Below, one piece after another: positions 27,101 through 36,905 of a DNA stretch of 64,000 bases (its first letter is position 1; every line of letters starts with the position of its first letter). The notes beneath the pieces were generated by a model. The model was not told where the DNA came from and ran no database searches. It saw only the letters and a list, made by a program, of their open reading frames with translations. Origin of the DNA: a virus. Its lineage: Duplodnaviria > Caudoviricetes. A program made the translations under genes and the position numbers. The stretch is from IMG/VR virus record IMGVR_UViG_643348562_000001, positions 1 to 64,000 of that record; one strand, written 5' to 3'.

Positions 27101-28700
27101 GGAATGAGTGCAGTAAGAAGCGCATCTGTGTCAGGAATGCAGGCGGTGGTATCAGCATTCAGAAGTGGTGGGCAACAAGCCGTATCAGTTACAACATCAT
27201 CTATGGCAGCTTGTGCTAGCGTAATGAGGTCAGCCTATGGACAATTTAGTTCCGCCGGTAGTTATGTTATGAGTGGATTTATCGCCGGTATGAATAGTCA
27301 ACGTGGTGCAGTAATGGCTACTGCTGCTAGTATTGCAAATGCTGCATCTGCTCAAATTAGAAGTGCATTAAAAATTCATTCTCCTTCTCGAGTTACTATG
27401 AAAGAATGGTAATGGGTTCGTCAAGGTTTCGCAATCGGTATTATGAAAAAAGTACCACAAGTTATCCAGGCTTCTAAAACTATGGCGAATAGTGCTGTTA
27501 AAAGCATTAAGTAAGATGAAAACTAATTCTTACGATAAAGCGAAGCAAGGATCTAAATCGTTCTATGAATCATTGAGCAAGACTTCTCAAAGTGCTAGTA
27601 ATAAATTAAGTGCTAATAATAAGAAAATTGCAAGTATTCAGCAGAAATTGAAGGGGAAAATCTGGAAAAGCACACGATCAAGATTAAATAAACAGCTTAT
27701 TGACTTAAGAAAAGAGAATAAAGCATATACTGTTCAAAAGAATACAATTACTAAGTTGAGAAGTACGCTAAGCAAGAGTACTAATCAGCTACTAAGTATT
27801 GCTAATAAGCGTGAAAAGGTTGCTGATAAACTAAAGGTCGCACAAGATAACTTGAAACAAGTTCTGAAAGATAGACAGAATTTTAAAGATGGTATTATCG
27901 ATAGCACACGCTCATTTGGTTCAATATCGAATTCTAAGGTTTCAACTCAACAAGGATTAGTAGCAGATATGCGTGCTCGATTAAAAGCAGTAAATGACTA
28001 TGCTAAGAACATCAATGCGCTTAAGAAAAAAGGTGTTCATAAGAATATCATCGCAGATTTATTAAGTGCTGGCGTTGAAGGTGGCGCAGGACAAGCTAAG
28101 ATATTAGCAAACGCTTCTAAGAATACAATCAAGCAAATTAACACTGTGCAAAAGCAAATTATGAGTGTTACTAGCAGTTTAGCTGAAAGACAAGCTAAAG
28201 ATTTCTACACTGTAGGTCTTAATACTGCAAAAGGAATCGTTCAAGGATTGCAGAAACAAGACAAAGCATTGCAAAAGGCAGCTGAGCGTATCGCAAACAC
28301 TATTACGAATACTGTTAAGAAAAAGTTAGGTATCCATTCTCCATCACGTGTATTTAAAGCGTTAGGTATATATACGATGCAAGGTTTTATTGGTGGAATA
28401 GATAAATTGAGAACACAATCTATTAATAAAATGGCTAACTTATCAGAACGTGTATCTGAAGCATTTACACCTCGGTTCGTTAGTGGTTTACCTGATCTAA
28501 CAGGAAACTTACGAAACGCTACAGCGAACATCGCTTCACAGGTTAATGCTGATGTCGTTAATACAGTAAGAAGCGAGCCTGTAGGTGTTACCTTAAATGC
28601 TAACTTTGCATTAGGAAATCGTGACTACAATGCTTTTGTTGGTGATATCACCGATAAACAAAATTCAAGAGTAAGACTTCAAGAAACATATAATGTGTAA
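24155..28700 (+). pseudogene. Tape measure protein, split at ~27403-27503
   Basis: ORFs 24155..27412 and 27492..28700; in-frame TAA 27410 then +1 A in A4 27500-03; IHSPSRV motif on both parts. Confidence 0.88.
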
Positions 28701-28730
28701 AGGCTATCAAGTGGTAGCCTTTATTTTTTA
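28700..28730 (+). terminator. Intrinsic terminator after TMP
   Basis: AAGGCTA-tcaagtgg-TAGCCTT then TATTTTT. Confidence 0.65.
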
Positions 28731-28742
28731 GGTGGTGGATAA

Positions 28743-29555
28743 ATGAATTATAACTTTACAGATATGAATAACATAGCGCATTCTAGCGTAACTAGTGCCA
28801 ATCAACTGATTTATAACGATGTAAATATAGATAAAACTCTATCTGATATTAACTGTGATATCATCACATTGAACGTGACAGGTCGTGCTGCATTAGAATA
28901 CAACATCAATACAGTCACACCTGACGGTATCGATGGAGAATTATTTCAAAGTGCTACATTGAAAGCTAGAACATTACAGATAGAGATGTTGATTAGCGCT
29001 AAAGATAACGCTACTTTGAGAAAAAAGTATGAACAGTTGAATAAAATGTTTTCGAAACGCGAGATAGTATCTATACGCTTTAGCGATGAAATAGACAGAG
29101 TATATTATGGTATTTATACAGCCAGCGACAATCCTAAAGAGGATTCGAACGAACAGATATTTAATATCGATATATTATGCACTGATCCATTCAAATACTC
29201 TGATGTACAGACTATAAGTTACAGTAGCTCGTCAATTTTGAGTATATTAAGCGACTTTCCTGTTAAACCTTATATTGAAGTCGAATATTCTGGAGTAGGC
29301 ACTACGTTAGATATTATCAATACGAAAACTAAAAAAGGCATAAAACTCGTAGACTTAAATCCATCTGTAGAAAAGATATACAAGATAGATGTTTTAGAGA
29401 ATAGGATTTCTAAATCAAATTTAGATACCAATGCTTTGACTAATCTTAATATCACATCTGATTGGGAAGAATTTGACATAAAAACAGGAGATCAAGTCGC
29501 TTTCCTTCCAACACCGAGTAAAATCACCATTAAATATCGAGGTGTATTTTTATGA
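28743..29555 (+). CDS. Distal tail protein (Dit)
   Basis: TLNVTGRAAL..PDGIDGE..IRFSDE..CTDPFKYS. Confidence 0.85.
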   Translation: MNYNFTDMNNIAHSSVTSANQLIYNDVNIDKTLSDINCDIITLNVTGRAALEYNINTVTPDGIDGELFQSATLKARTLQIEMLISAKDNATLRKKYEQLNKMFSKREIVSIRFSDEIDRVYYGIYTASDNPKEDSNEQIFNIDILCTDPFKYSDVQTISYSSSSILSILSDFPVKPYIEVEYSGVGTTLDIINTKTKKGIKLVDLNPSVEKIYKIDVLENRISKSNLDTNALTNLNITSDWEEFDIKTGDQVAFLPTPSKITIKYRGVFL

Positions 29556-32357
29556 TTTATCTATTCAATGTCAAAAAAGAATTGATAAAAGTTATCCCTC
29601 GCAGAAATATCGTTAGTGCAATTCAAGAACTTGAAATAAATGGTCTGTATACTGCTGAAATTGAAGTTCCTCTATTCTATAAAACTGAACAGGGTCAAAT
29701 CTTCAATCATAAGAAATCATTCGATAACGCTTTATTTTTTGGTCATTTTGACTATCGTAAAAAGTTTCAATTGTATAAAATTCATAATAGAAAAATTGAT
29801 GGCAAACAACTGATTATTACAGGTGTTCATCTATTTTTCGACGAAGCTAAAGCGATGAGTGTTATTCGTGATAAGCGACTAATCAATGCTGATGCTCGAA
29901 ACGTTGCGAATGTCGCGTTTGAGGGTACAGGATGGACTGTTCGAGATTACGACACGACAAAAGAAAAAAATATAGATTTGTATTATATGACACCGATAGA
30001 TGCTAGGAAATTAATTATCGAAGAATATAATGTAGAGTTTGACTATGACTTTTCTTTTGATGGCAGGAAGATTACTTCTAAAAATATTTATATTCGTAAT
30101 AAATTAGGCAGATGGACTGGCGATAGATATCATTACGGAACAAACATACTCAGTATCACGCAAGAGCAAGATGATGCAGAAGTTTATACTGCGGCGATAG
30201 GTAGAGGGACCAGTGATGATACGAATACAGCTTTAAACGCTAAAGTCCTTTTTGATGATTTGACGTGGTCTAAAGATGGTTACAACAAGCCTTTAGGTCA
30301 AGATTATTTAGAAATCGTTAGCGCTACAGAAAAATATGGATACTATGACGAAAAAACAGGTAGAATAAAACCTCGAATAGCGATAATTGAATTTAGTGAT
30401 ATCCAAGATCAGAAAGTTTTAGCTGATAAAACCTGGGAGTGGTTAAAACAAAACTGCGTGCCTAAAGTCACATACTCGACTACTGTTTCAAAGGTAGGAG
30501 AGTACTATTTAGGTGATGAAATCGCGATTATCTACAAAGAAATTGATATCATTAAAAAAGCTCGTGTAGAAAATATGAGAGTGAACCTTCTTAATCACGA
30601 CTTAACCGAATTAGGTTTAGGTGATTATACTTATTTTAAACAAGATAAATATAGAGAGCGTATAAGCAATGAAATCAAGGAAACAAAAAAAGAAGCTAAT
30701 AGCTACATTGTTAAACTCAAAAAAGAATTCGATGCAAACTTTGAAGAGCAAACACTGAGTTTCGCTAAAGCTATTGAACAAGTAAAGATTAATGCGCAAT
30801 CTGAAGTTGAATCGGCAGAAAAAAGACTGTCAGATGAAATAGATAATGGATTGAGTGCCTTAAAACAACCGAACGCGTTACCATCATCTGTTCTGCAAAT
30901 AGACGAATTATTAATAAACAGGTTGATATCTGATAATATGTTCGCGAACACTTTAGGTTCAAATTATCTTTTTAGCGAGATCATAAAAACAAAATCTCTT
31001 GAAGCAGTTAATGCAAATATTTCAAATCTGAGGTCTAACATACTCACTTCTAACGTGATTAAAGCAGAACACATTGATTCTGGCACAGCACTTATAGATA
31101 AATTATTTTCTAATAGTGCAAATATAACTAGATTGACGAGTAAGTCGGCATTTATCAAAGAAATACAAGCGATTGAGGTTATAGCTTATCGTCTTGAAGC
31201 GAGGGATAAACAGGCTAGTGTCAACATTGAAAATGGCTCAATCACAATGAATCGTGACAATGGATCTAGAATGGATATCAGTTTGAATGGTATTCAAAGT
31301 TTTAACAATGGTGGTTCGTTACTTTTCAGCTTAACACCAACACTTGTAACAACCTCTGCTGTAGGCACATCTGTAAGTAACGTTTACCTTGGCACAGCAC
31401 CGAACGCAGAAGCACGTGTCGTTAATATGAATGGTATTCCTGGTGATGGTGAAATTGGCAGTTATGCATATAGACCAATACGAACTTTAGCTATTAAATT
31501 TCCGTTAAATGCAAATGGGTATATAGGGATTGATGGTAGCGAACTAAGGATAATGTCAGATGGTTTGGTAGAAGGTGGATATAAAAGCGTTCGTGCTGAC
31601 AAAGGATATTTCTCTACAGTTGATGCAAACAATGAAATTAGTGGTGCTCACTTCTATATCAGACCAAAACGTGGTGGGGAACTTCGAGCAACTTATAACG
31701 ATGGGTGGAGAAACTTCTTATGCTAACTTTCGTTCAAACGGTATCTATGCACCATGGATTGATTATAACGGACATATACCAGGATCACACTTTTATATTA
31801 GACCAGCGTATGGGGGAGAAGTACGTTTAACGGCTACTGGTACAACAAACAATTGGGCTAACCTGCGTTCAGATGGCATTTACGCTCCCTGGATAGACTT
31901 CAATGGTCAAATTCCAGGCTCGCATTTGTATATTAGACCTGGCTCAGGTGGGGAGGTTAAGTTCACTAGAACTGGTACTACAGATGTCTGGGCAGATATT
32001 AGGTTCGGTAGTTGGAACGCAATGTCTCATGAAAAATATAAAAATAACATCGAAAAATGGAACTATAATGTATTAGGCATATATAAAAACGACTTAGTGT
32101 TACATTCATACAAAGTCAATTCTGAATCAGATACTTTATACGCTAGAATACACCACGGTATTGTACTTAGAGAAAATTCAAACCTAGACCAATTCCCAGC
32201 GGAATGGAGAAATGGTGACGGTTTTGATGGTAATGAAGTCTTATGGTGGAACACGAAAGCTGTTCAAGAATTAGCGTTTGAGAATGATGAGTTAAGAAAT
32301 AAGATTAGTGATTTAGAAAACAGATTAAAAATATTGGAGGATAAGTTAAATGGATAA
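29552..32357 (+). pseudogene. Tail spike: endopeptidase/Tal-like N-terminus, beta repeats, C-terminal S74-like intramolecular chaperone; split by +1 G
   Basis: ORFs 29552..31726 and 31575..32357 join if GGG 31703-05 is GG; MSHEKYKNNI chaperone motif. Confidence 0.85.
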
Positions 32358-32517
32358 TAATAATCAACCACAACGTAATTTAGAAAAAGAAGTGGCATTA
32401 CTACAACAACAACTCATGATGGCGGTATCGGATAAAGTGATGTTACAAGCAATGTTAGATGATGCTTTAGAAGAATTAGATCAAATTAAAAACGGTAATC
32501 AAGAAGTTGCAGAATAA
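32350..32517 (+). CDS. 55-aa coiled-coil protein
   Basis: MDNNNQPQRNLEKEVALLQQQL...; GGAGG RBS; not in ORF track. Confidence 0.65.
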   Translation: MDNNNQPQRNLEKEVALLQQQLMMAVSDKVMLQAMLDDALEELDQIKNGNQEVAE

Positions 32518-32562
32518 TCTGTAGCTTCTTTTTTATAAATAAAAAACAGGAGGTCATTCAAA

Positions 32563-32838
32563 ATGACAGAAAAAATTCAAGAGTTTTATTTAGTAGAAAG
32601 AAACATCAACGGTGATGAAAGTTGTTTAACACGTAACTATTCGAATGGATTTGTTTCAGGCGCTACACCAAACACTGCTTTTAAGTTTAAAGAAGAAGAA
32701 CAGGCGAAACAGTTCTGTAAGATGCAAAATATGTTAGCAGGTATCTTCGATAATGGAACTAAGACATTCTACGTTAAACAAGATATTACACGTATTAAGT
32801 ACACAGAAGATGGTCAAGTGGTAGAAGAAACGTTATAA
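32563..32838 (+). CDS. Hypothetical late protein
   Basis: GGAGG RBS. Confidence 0.7.
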   Translation: MTEKIQEFYLVERNINGDESCLTRNYSNGFVSGATPNTAFKFKEEEQAKQFCKMQNMLAGIFDNGTKTFYVKQDITRIKYTEDGQVVEETL

Positions 32839-32851
32839 GAGGTGGTAAAAA

Positions 32852-33364
32852 ATGTGGATAACAATCGGAGGAATGAATTTGGAAAATATAGAGATGCTTA
32901 AAATTTATTTATATGGAGGAGATATCAGATTACTACACTTCTTATGTATATTGATGCTAGTAGACATCGTGACAGGTATCGCTAAAGCGGTTTATAACAA
33001 AAACTTATGGTCGAGAAAGTCATTATTCGGCTTTGCTAGAAAATTGATGGTATTCTGTATCATCGTATTAGCGAATATTATTGATCAGATACTTCAATTG
33101 AATGGTGGATTGGTCATTGTCACGATTATGTTCTATATCGCAAATGAGGGACTATCTATTGTTGAAAATTGTGCGCAGATGGGCGTATTAATCCCAACAA
33201 ATATTTCGGAGAAGTTAGCAGTTATCTTAAGTGAGAATGATAAGCAGTCAATCACAACTGAAGTGAAAGAAGAATTTACAGCTAAACATTCTAAAGACTT
33301 GCCAGGTGGACAGGTTGACGTAAGTGTTAAGGTTCAGTCAGAAAAAAACGAAGAAATAAATTAA
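32852..33364 (+). CDS. Holin (toxin secretion/phage lysis holin family)
   Basis: LVDIVTGIAKA..SRKSLFGFARK..YIANEGLSIVENCAQMGVLIP. Confidence 0.92.
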   Translation: MWITIGGMNLENIEMLKIYLYGGDIRLLHFLCILMLVDIVTGIAKAVYNKNLWSRKSLFGFARKLMVFCIIVLANIIDQILQLNGGLVIVTIMFYIANEGLSIVENCAQMGVLIPTNISEKLAVILSENDKQSITTEVKEEFTAKHSKDLPGGQVDVSVKVQSEKNEEIN

Positions 33365-33392
33365 GGCAGCTCACTATGAGTTGTCTTTTTTA
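33362..33392 (+). terminator. Intrinsic terminator between holin and lysin
   Basis: AAGGCAGCTCA-cta-TGAGTTGTCTT then T run. Confidence 0.6.
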
Positions 33393-33419
33393 AATACAAA
33401 TTATAGGGAGAGAAATAAC

Positions 33420-34280
33420 ATGACATATAAAATTATTAATTCATGGTTACCAGCAAGCAAATATAGTTTAAAAGCACCTTTCTCAATGGATCCTGAATAT
33501 ATTACAGTTCACAATACAGGTAATACAGCGAGTGCTAGAGAAGAAGCAGCGTATCATAACTCAAATAATAGCGAAACATCGTATCATGTAGTTATCGATG
33601 AAAATGAAGTACATCAATTAATTCCTTTCAGTCGTAACGCTTGGGATTCCGGAGATGGTAGAGGTAACGGAAACATGAAATCTATCGGAATCGAAATCGC
33701 ACGTTCAATGGATAATGGATATAGTGGTCCTAAGTCACAACGTTATATGCAAGCAGAAGAAAACGCCGCGTTATATATCGCTCACGTTATGCACGAAAGA
33801 GGTTGGGATATGAGCCGACTAAAACGACATTATGATTGGTCGGGTAAAGACTGCCCTCACAAAATGCACGCTACAGGCACATATCAACAATTTAGAGATA
33901 AAGTTCAAAAGCATCTTGTCGCTTTAAATAACGGTAAAAAAGTTCAAGCAAGTACAGTTAAAAAACCGGTAAAGAAAGCACCTGCTAAAAATACGGGTGG
34001 TTGGCAAGTCAATCAGTACGGTACGAAGTGGAAAAACGAAAAAGGTACATTTATTAATGGAAGTGAGCCTATTCAAGCCTATTACGTTGGACCATTTGTA
34101 ATTGCTAAGAATAAAGCTGGGAAGTTACCTGCTAAAGCTACAGTTAAGTATGATGAAGTAATGGTGCAAGATGGATATGTTTGGATCGCTTATGATGCGA
34201 ATGATGGAAAGCGTATCTACTTACCAATCAGAACACATAAAAATGGCATTGATGGACCACTTTGGGGAACAATTAAATAA
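33420..34280 (+). CDS. Endolysin: N-acetylmuramoyl-L-alanine amidase (Amidase_2) + SH3b
   Basis: ITVHNT..SYHVVID..SIGIEI..KRHYDWSGKDCP; YDEVMVQDGYVWIAY. Confidence 0.93.
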   Translation: MTYKIINSWLPASKYSLKAPFSMDPEYITVHNTGNTASAREEAAYHNSNNSETSYHVVIDENEVHQLIPFSRNAWDSGDGRGNGNMKSIGIEIARSMDNGYSGPKSQRYMQAEENAALYIAHVMHERGWDMSRLKRHYDWSGKDCPHKMHATGTYQQFRDKVQKHLVALNNGKKVQASTVKKPVKKAPAKNTGGWQVNQYGTKWKNEKGTFINGSEPIQAYYVGPFVIAKNKAGKLPAKATVKYDEVMVQDGYVWIAYDANDGKRIYLPIRTHKNGIDGPLWGTIK

Positions 34281-34291
34281 GCATGATTACT

Positions 34292-34329
34292 AGCCCTGCA
34301 CTCAAATTAATGAGTGCAGGGCTTTTTTT
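34292..34329 (+). terminator. Terminator of lysis cassette
   Basis: AGCCCTGCACTCA-aattaa-TGAGTGCAGGGCT then T run. Confidence 0.92.
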
Positions 34330-34380
34330 ATTTCGGTCATATACCCGAATAATTTAAAATTCGGTTAAATAGCCGGATAT

Positions 34381-34409
34381 TAGACTAATTAAAAGAGTTG
34401 TTGTATAAT
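34381..34409 (+). promoter_or_regulatory. sigmaA promoter for candidate sRNA
   Basis: TAGACT-17-TATAAT; preceded by two TTCGG-N8-CCG(A/G)A palindromes at 34332 and 34360. Confidence 0.65.
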
Positions 34410-34415
34410 TATATT

Positions 34416-34587
34416 ACACGCAGCTTTATACAATACGCCGAAAAACACATGCGCTGGTCAACGTCGACTATGACCAATAAAATAGTTAGCTTGTCATTGA
34501 GTAGCTGCTTTGACTAAAAGATATTGTATATTGCCTGCAGCTCAAAGAACCAAAAGTTCAGACACCTATATTTATAGGTGTTTTTTT
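34416..34587 (+). ncRNA. Candidate ~170-nt structured RNA
   Basis: Promoter, closing stem TATACAATA/TATTGTATA, inner hairpins, terminator ACACCTAT/ATAGGTGT-T7; no SD-led ORF. Confidence 0.55.
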
Positions 34588-34632
34588 ATGCATTTAAAAG
34601 CACCTATCAATTAAGATGAGGTGCCTTTAAAA

Positions 34633-34762
34633 AGTTACCCAAGATTTAAACACTTATAAAAATGGGTACTAAATTGGGTAACAACTATTAAATTATTATA
34701 TATAAGTTAACATTGTTCAATTTATAAAACGCTGATATTATACACTTATAATCACTTATAAT
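34633..34762. repeat. Putative integrase arm/accessory sites, P1 side
   Basis: TGGGTA at 34663 and 34675, inverted at 34634-40; CACTTATAA at 34651, 34743, 34753. Confidence 0.55.
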
Positions 34763-34772
34763 TACAGTATTT

Positions 34773-34829
34773 ATCTACCGTATGCAGGTGTCTGAGTGGG
34801 AACGTGCCCAATATATGAAGCAGTATTAA
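34773..34829 (+). pseudogene. glnA: Duplicated 3' end of glutamine synthetase gene = att junction
   Basis: Reads IYRMQVSEWERAQYMKQY*, matching the staphylococcal GlnA C-terminus as I recall it (..YRTQVSEWERDQYMKQY); no upstream coding frame. Confidence 0.85.
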
Positions 34830-34833
34830 TAGA

Positions 34834-34873
34834 GAAAACCCTTTAACTGCAATGGTTAAGGGGTTTTTATTTT
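34834..34873. terminator. Bidirectional terminator between glnA tail and integrase
   Basis: AAAACCCTTTAAC-tgcaatg-GTTAAGGGGTTTT. Confidence 0.8.
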
Positions 34874-34883
34874 GTAGAAACTT

Positions 34884-34930
34884 TGAGACTTATTGAGAAA
34901 ATAATGACCAGATGTCTCATAAATGTCTCA
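34884..34930. repeat. Putative integrase arm sites, P2 side
   Basis: ATGTCTCA at 34912 and 34923; inverted TGAGACT at 34884. Confidence 0.55.
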
Positions 34931-34937
34931 GGAATTT

Positions 34938-36092
34938 TTAGAATATGTTTTTTAGTGTATTTTCGTATAAAATTCTTGATTCTTCCTGTAGGTGCGGAGT
35001 GACATGTGCATAAATCCTTTCGGTCATTTCCATCGATTGATGTCCTAATCTTTCCTGGATAACTTTCATCGGGACATTAGCTTCTAATAAAAGTGTTGCA
35101 TGAGTATGTCTCAGTTTGTGAACGGATATTTGTTGACCAAGAATCTTTTTACTGCAATAAATCATCGTATTATGTATTGATGACCTTGATAGAGGTTTGC
35201 CGAATTCATTAACGAATAAGAAGTTATATTCATTTGAATACTCGCTGCCAATAATTATCTTGTTTGTTTCATGTAGTTTCGTTAAGTTTAACATTTCATC
35301 GTATAATTCACGAGTAATATAAACTTTACGATGGTGTTTAGTTTTAGTGTTTCCTAATACGTCACGTTTCTGATCATATGATGAATCAACAGTTATATAT
35401 AAGTTATTTTTATCGAAATCAGATAACTTCAATGCACAGGCTTCGCCGACACGTAAGCCGGTCTCTATAATTAACCTGAATAAATAATAATGATAAATAT
35501 TACGTCTTTTGACATCGGTAAGGAATGGTTTTATCAAGTCTTTTGGAATGTACTCAGCTTTCTTTACTTTGTCAGTGATTCTGAATTCAATGTATTCAGC
35601 GGGATTAACTGATATTAATCCATCAAACTTTGCACGCTCCATCGCTCTAAACATTAATGAGTTTGTTTTTTTGATGGTCGAGATACTATAGTTATACTCA
35701 AAAAGTTTGTTTATTACTTTCTGTTGCATAGTAGGGGTTACTTTATCAATTCGAATATTTTCATCATGCAGCTTAACTTCTTCTATCAATTTCTTATTTT
35801 CATAGATTCGAATACTGAATAATCGCTTAGCACTCCATTTGTCGATATCTATTGATGCCTGGGATACTTTTCCGACCCTATAAGTTTCTATATATTCATC
35901 TATGAAAGACTTAAGAGTAGGGATGTCAGTTTTACACTTATTTAGCTCAACATCACGTTCTAAGTCTCGTGCTAACTTCTTAGCATCTCTTTCCTTCTTT
36001 ACATTTTTCGAGATAGTCCTACGTTTACCATTCTCATCATAATAGTATACTCGCACACGATAGCCAGTACTAATCTTTTGAATAGAAGCCAT
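34938..36092 (-). CDS. int: Tyrosine recombinase/integrase
   Basis: TGLRVGEACAL, HKLRHTHATLLL, IQERLGH, IYAHV. Confidence 0.97.
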   Translation of the reverse strand: MASIQKISTGYRVRVYYYDENGKRRTISKNVKKERDAKKLARDLERDVELNKCKTDIPTLKSFIDEYIETYRVGKVSQASIDIDKWSAKRLFSIRIYENKKLIEEVKLHDENIRIDKVTPTMQQKVINKLFEYNYSISTIKKTNSLMFRAMERAKFDGLISVNPAEYIEFRITDKVKKAEYIPKDLIKPFLTDVKRRNIYHYYLFRLIIETGLRVGEACALKLSDFDKNNLYITVDSSYDQKRDVLGNTKTKHHRKVYITRELYDEMLNLTKLHETNKIIIGSEYSNEYNFLFVNEFGKPLSRSSIHNTMIYCSKKILGQQISVHKLRHTHATLLLEANVPMKVIQERLGHQSMEMTERIYAHVTPHLQEESRILYENTLKNIF

Positions 36093-36096
36093 ATCA

Positions 36097-36558
36097 TCAT
36101 ATCCTTTCTAATCCAATTAATTTATGTGTCTTAGATCTGTTGATTAATAACTCTACACGCTTTGTTGCATGTTCCTGCGATACTTTAAAATAATCCATGA
36201 TTGCTTCAACCGTAAATAAGTTATATTCAACGATTAATCGTTCAGGCATCATGAAGAGTAGGGCGAATTTATCTGCTTCCGTTTCCTGCATGTAGTTATA
36301 CGATGGATGCATTTGTTTCGAAACTCCTACATGCATAAAATAATGGCCAAGTTCGTGAGCGAATCTGAACCACATATCTTGCGGTGTTCCGAATTTAATG
36401 AATATAACATCACATCCGTCCAACTTCATATAGCAGCTCATTTCGTGATTATATGCAATATGAAGATTATAAATGTGAGCGAGAGCTTCAATACTTAAAT
36501 CCTCAACTCTCTCGATAATATACGCTGTAATATCATTCACAAGTTCTTCAATTCTCAT
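36097..36558 (-). CDS. ImmA/IrrE-family metallopeptidase
   Basis: FAHELGHYFMH, QETEADKFALLFMMP. Confidence 0.9.
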   Translation of the reverse strand: MRIEELVNDITAYIIERVEDLSIEALAHIYNLHIAYNHEMSCYMKLDGCDVIFIKFGTPQDMWFRFAHELGHYFMHVGVSKQMHPSYNYMQETEADKFALLFMMPERLIVEYNLFTVEAIMDYFKVSQEHATKRVELLINRSKTHKLIGLERI

Positions 36559-36605
36559 GTTATCTCCTCCGAAATTAGAATATATGTTTGGTTTTATGTT
36601 AAAAT

Positions 36606-36621
36606 TAGAACGTACGTTCTA
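36606..36621. promoter_or_regulatory. LexA (SOS) box upstream of immA
   Basis: Perfect palindrome TAGAAC-GTAC-GTTCTA; degenerate second box AGAATATATGTTTG at 36577. Confidence 0.75.
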
Positions 36622-36632
36622 AAAAATTTTTC

Positions 36633-36681
36633 AAAAATAACCACTATATTACTAGTGGTCGGCTAGCTTATAAATAATTTA
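36633..36681. repeat. Terminator-derived direct repeat, copy 1 (copy 2 at 37778-37828)
   Basis: AAAAATA..ACTAGTGGTC(G/A)GCTAG..TAAAT(A/T)ATTTA. Confidence 0.75.
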
Positions 36682-36701
36682 TGGAATTAGAGGTGAAAGT
36701 A

Positions 36702-36905
36702 ATGATTGTTAATCTAGATGATGAAAATGTTGCGATTATAATAGATGCACTATGCCATGTTGAATCTACTACAGATGCATTCGATTATATAGGTACAAAT
36801 CCAACTCGCGAAGCCTACAGAAAGGCTTTTTTGAATACTTTTGAAAAAATCAATGAAATTAGTAATGATGAGACTCGAAAGGGTATTTTTTATTTTCAAA
36901 AATAA
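36702..36905 (+). CDS. 67-aa hypothetical protein convergent with HEPN gene
   Basis: GAGGTG RBS before ATG 36702. Confidence 0.55.
   Translation: MIVNLDDENVAIIIDALCHVESTTDAFDYIGTNPTREAYRKAFLNTFEKINEISNDETRKGIFYFQK

Larger units (their letters stand above)
1..34773. mobile_element. Prophage 1 (temperate siphovirus-like; left end and integrase outside window)
   Basis: Continuous module order immA-repressor/cro-antirepressor-replication-terminase-portal-capsid-tail-holin-lysin, ending at the glnA-like att fragment. Confidence 0.95.

Noticed and set aside
26560-27380. Ser/Met/Gly/Ala-rich repetitive stretch
   Set aside because: Ordinary periodic region of a tape measure protein.
27412-27492. 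Programmed recoding or two-gene tape measure
   Set aside because: Two separate lesions within 100 bp with garbled local sequence fit error or decay better than a recoding signal.
31640-32000. Diversity-generating retroelement (TR/VR pair) in tail spike
   Set aside because: Repeats are in-frame tandem protein repeats, differences are not adenine-specific, and no reverse transcriptase is present.
34449-34517. 22-aa ORF inside the candidate sRNA
   Set aside because: No Shine-Dalgarno sequence and not hydrophobic like a type I toxin.
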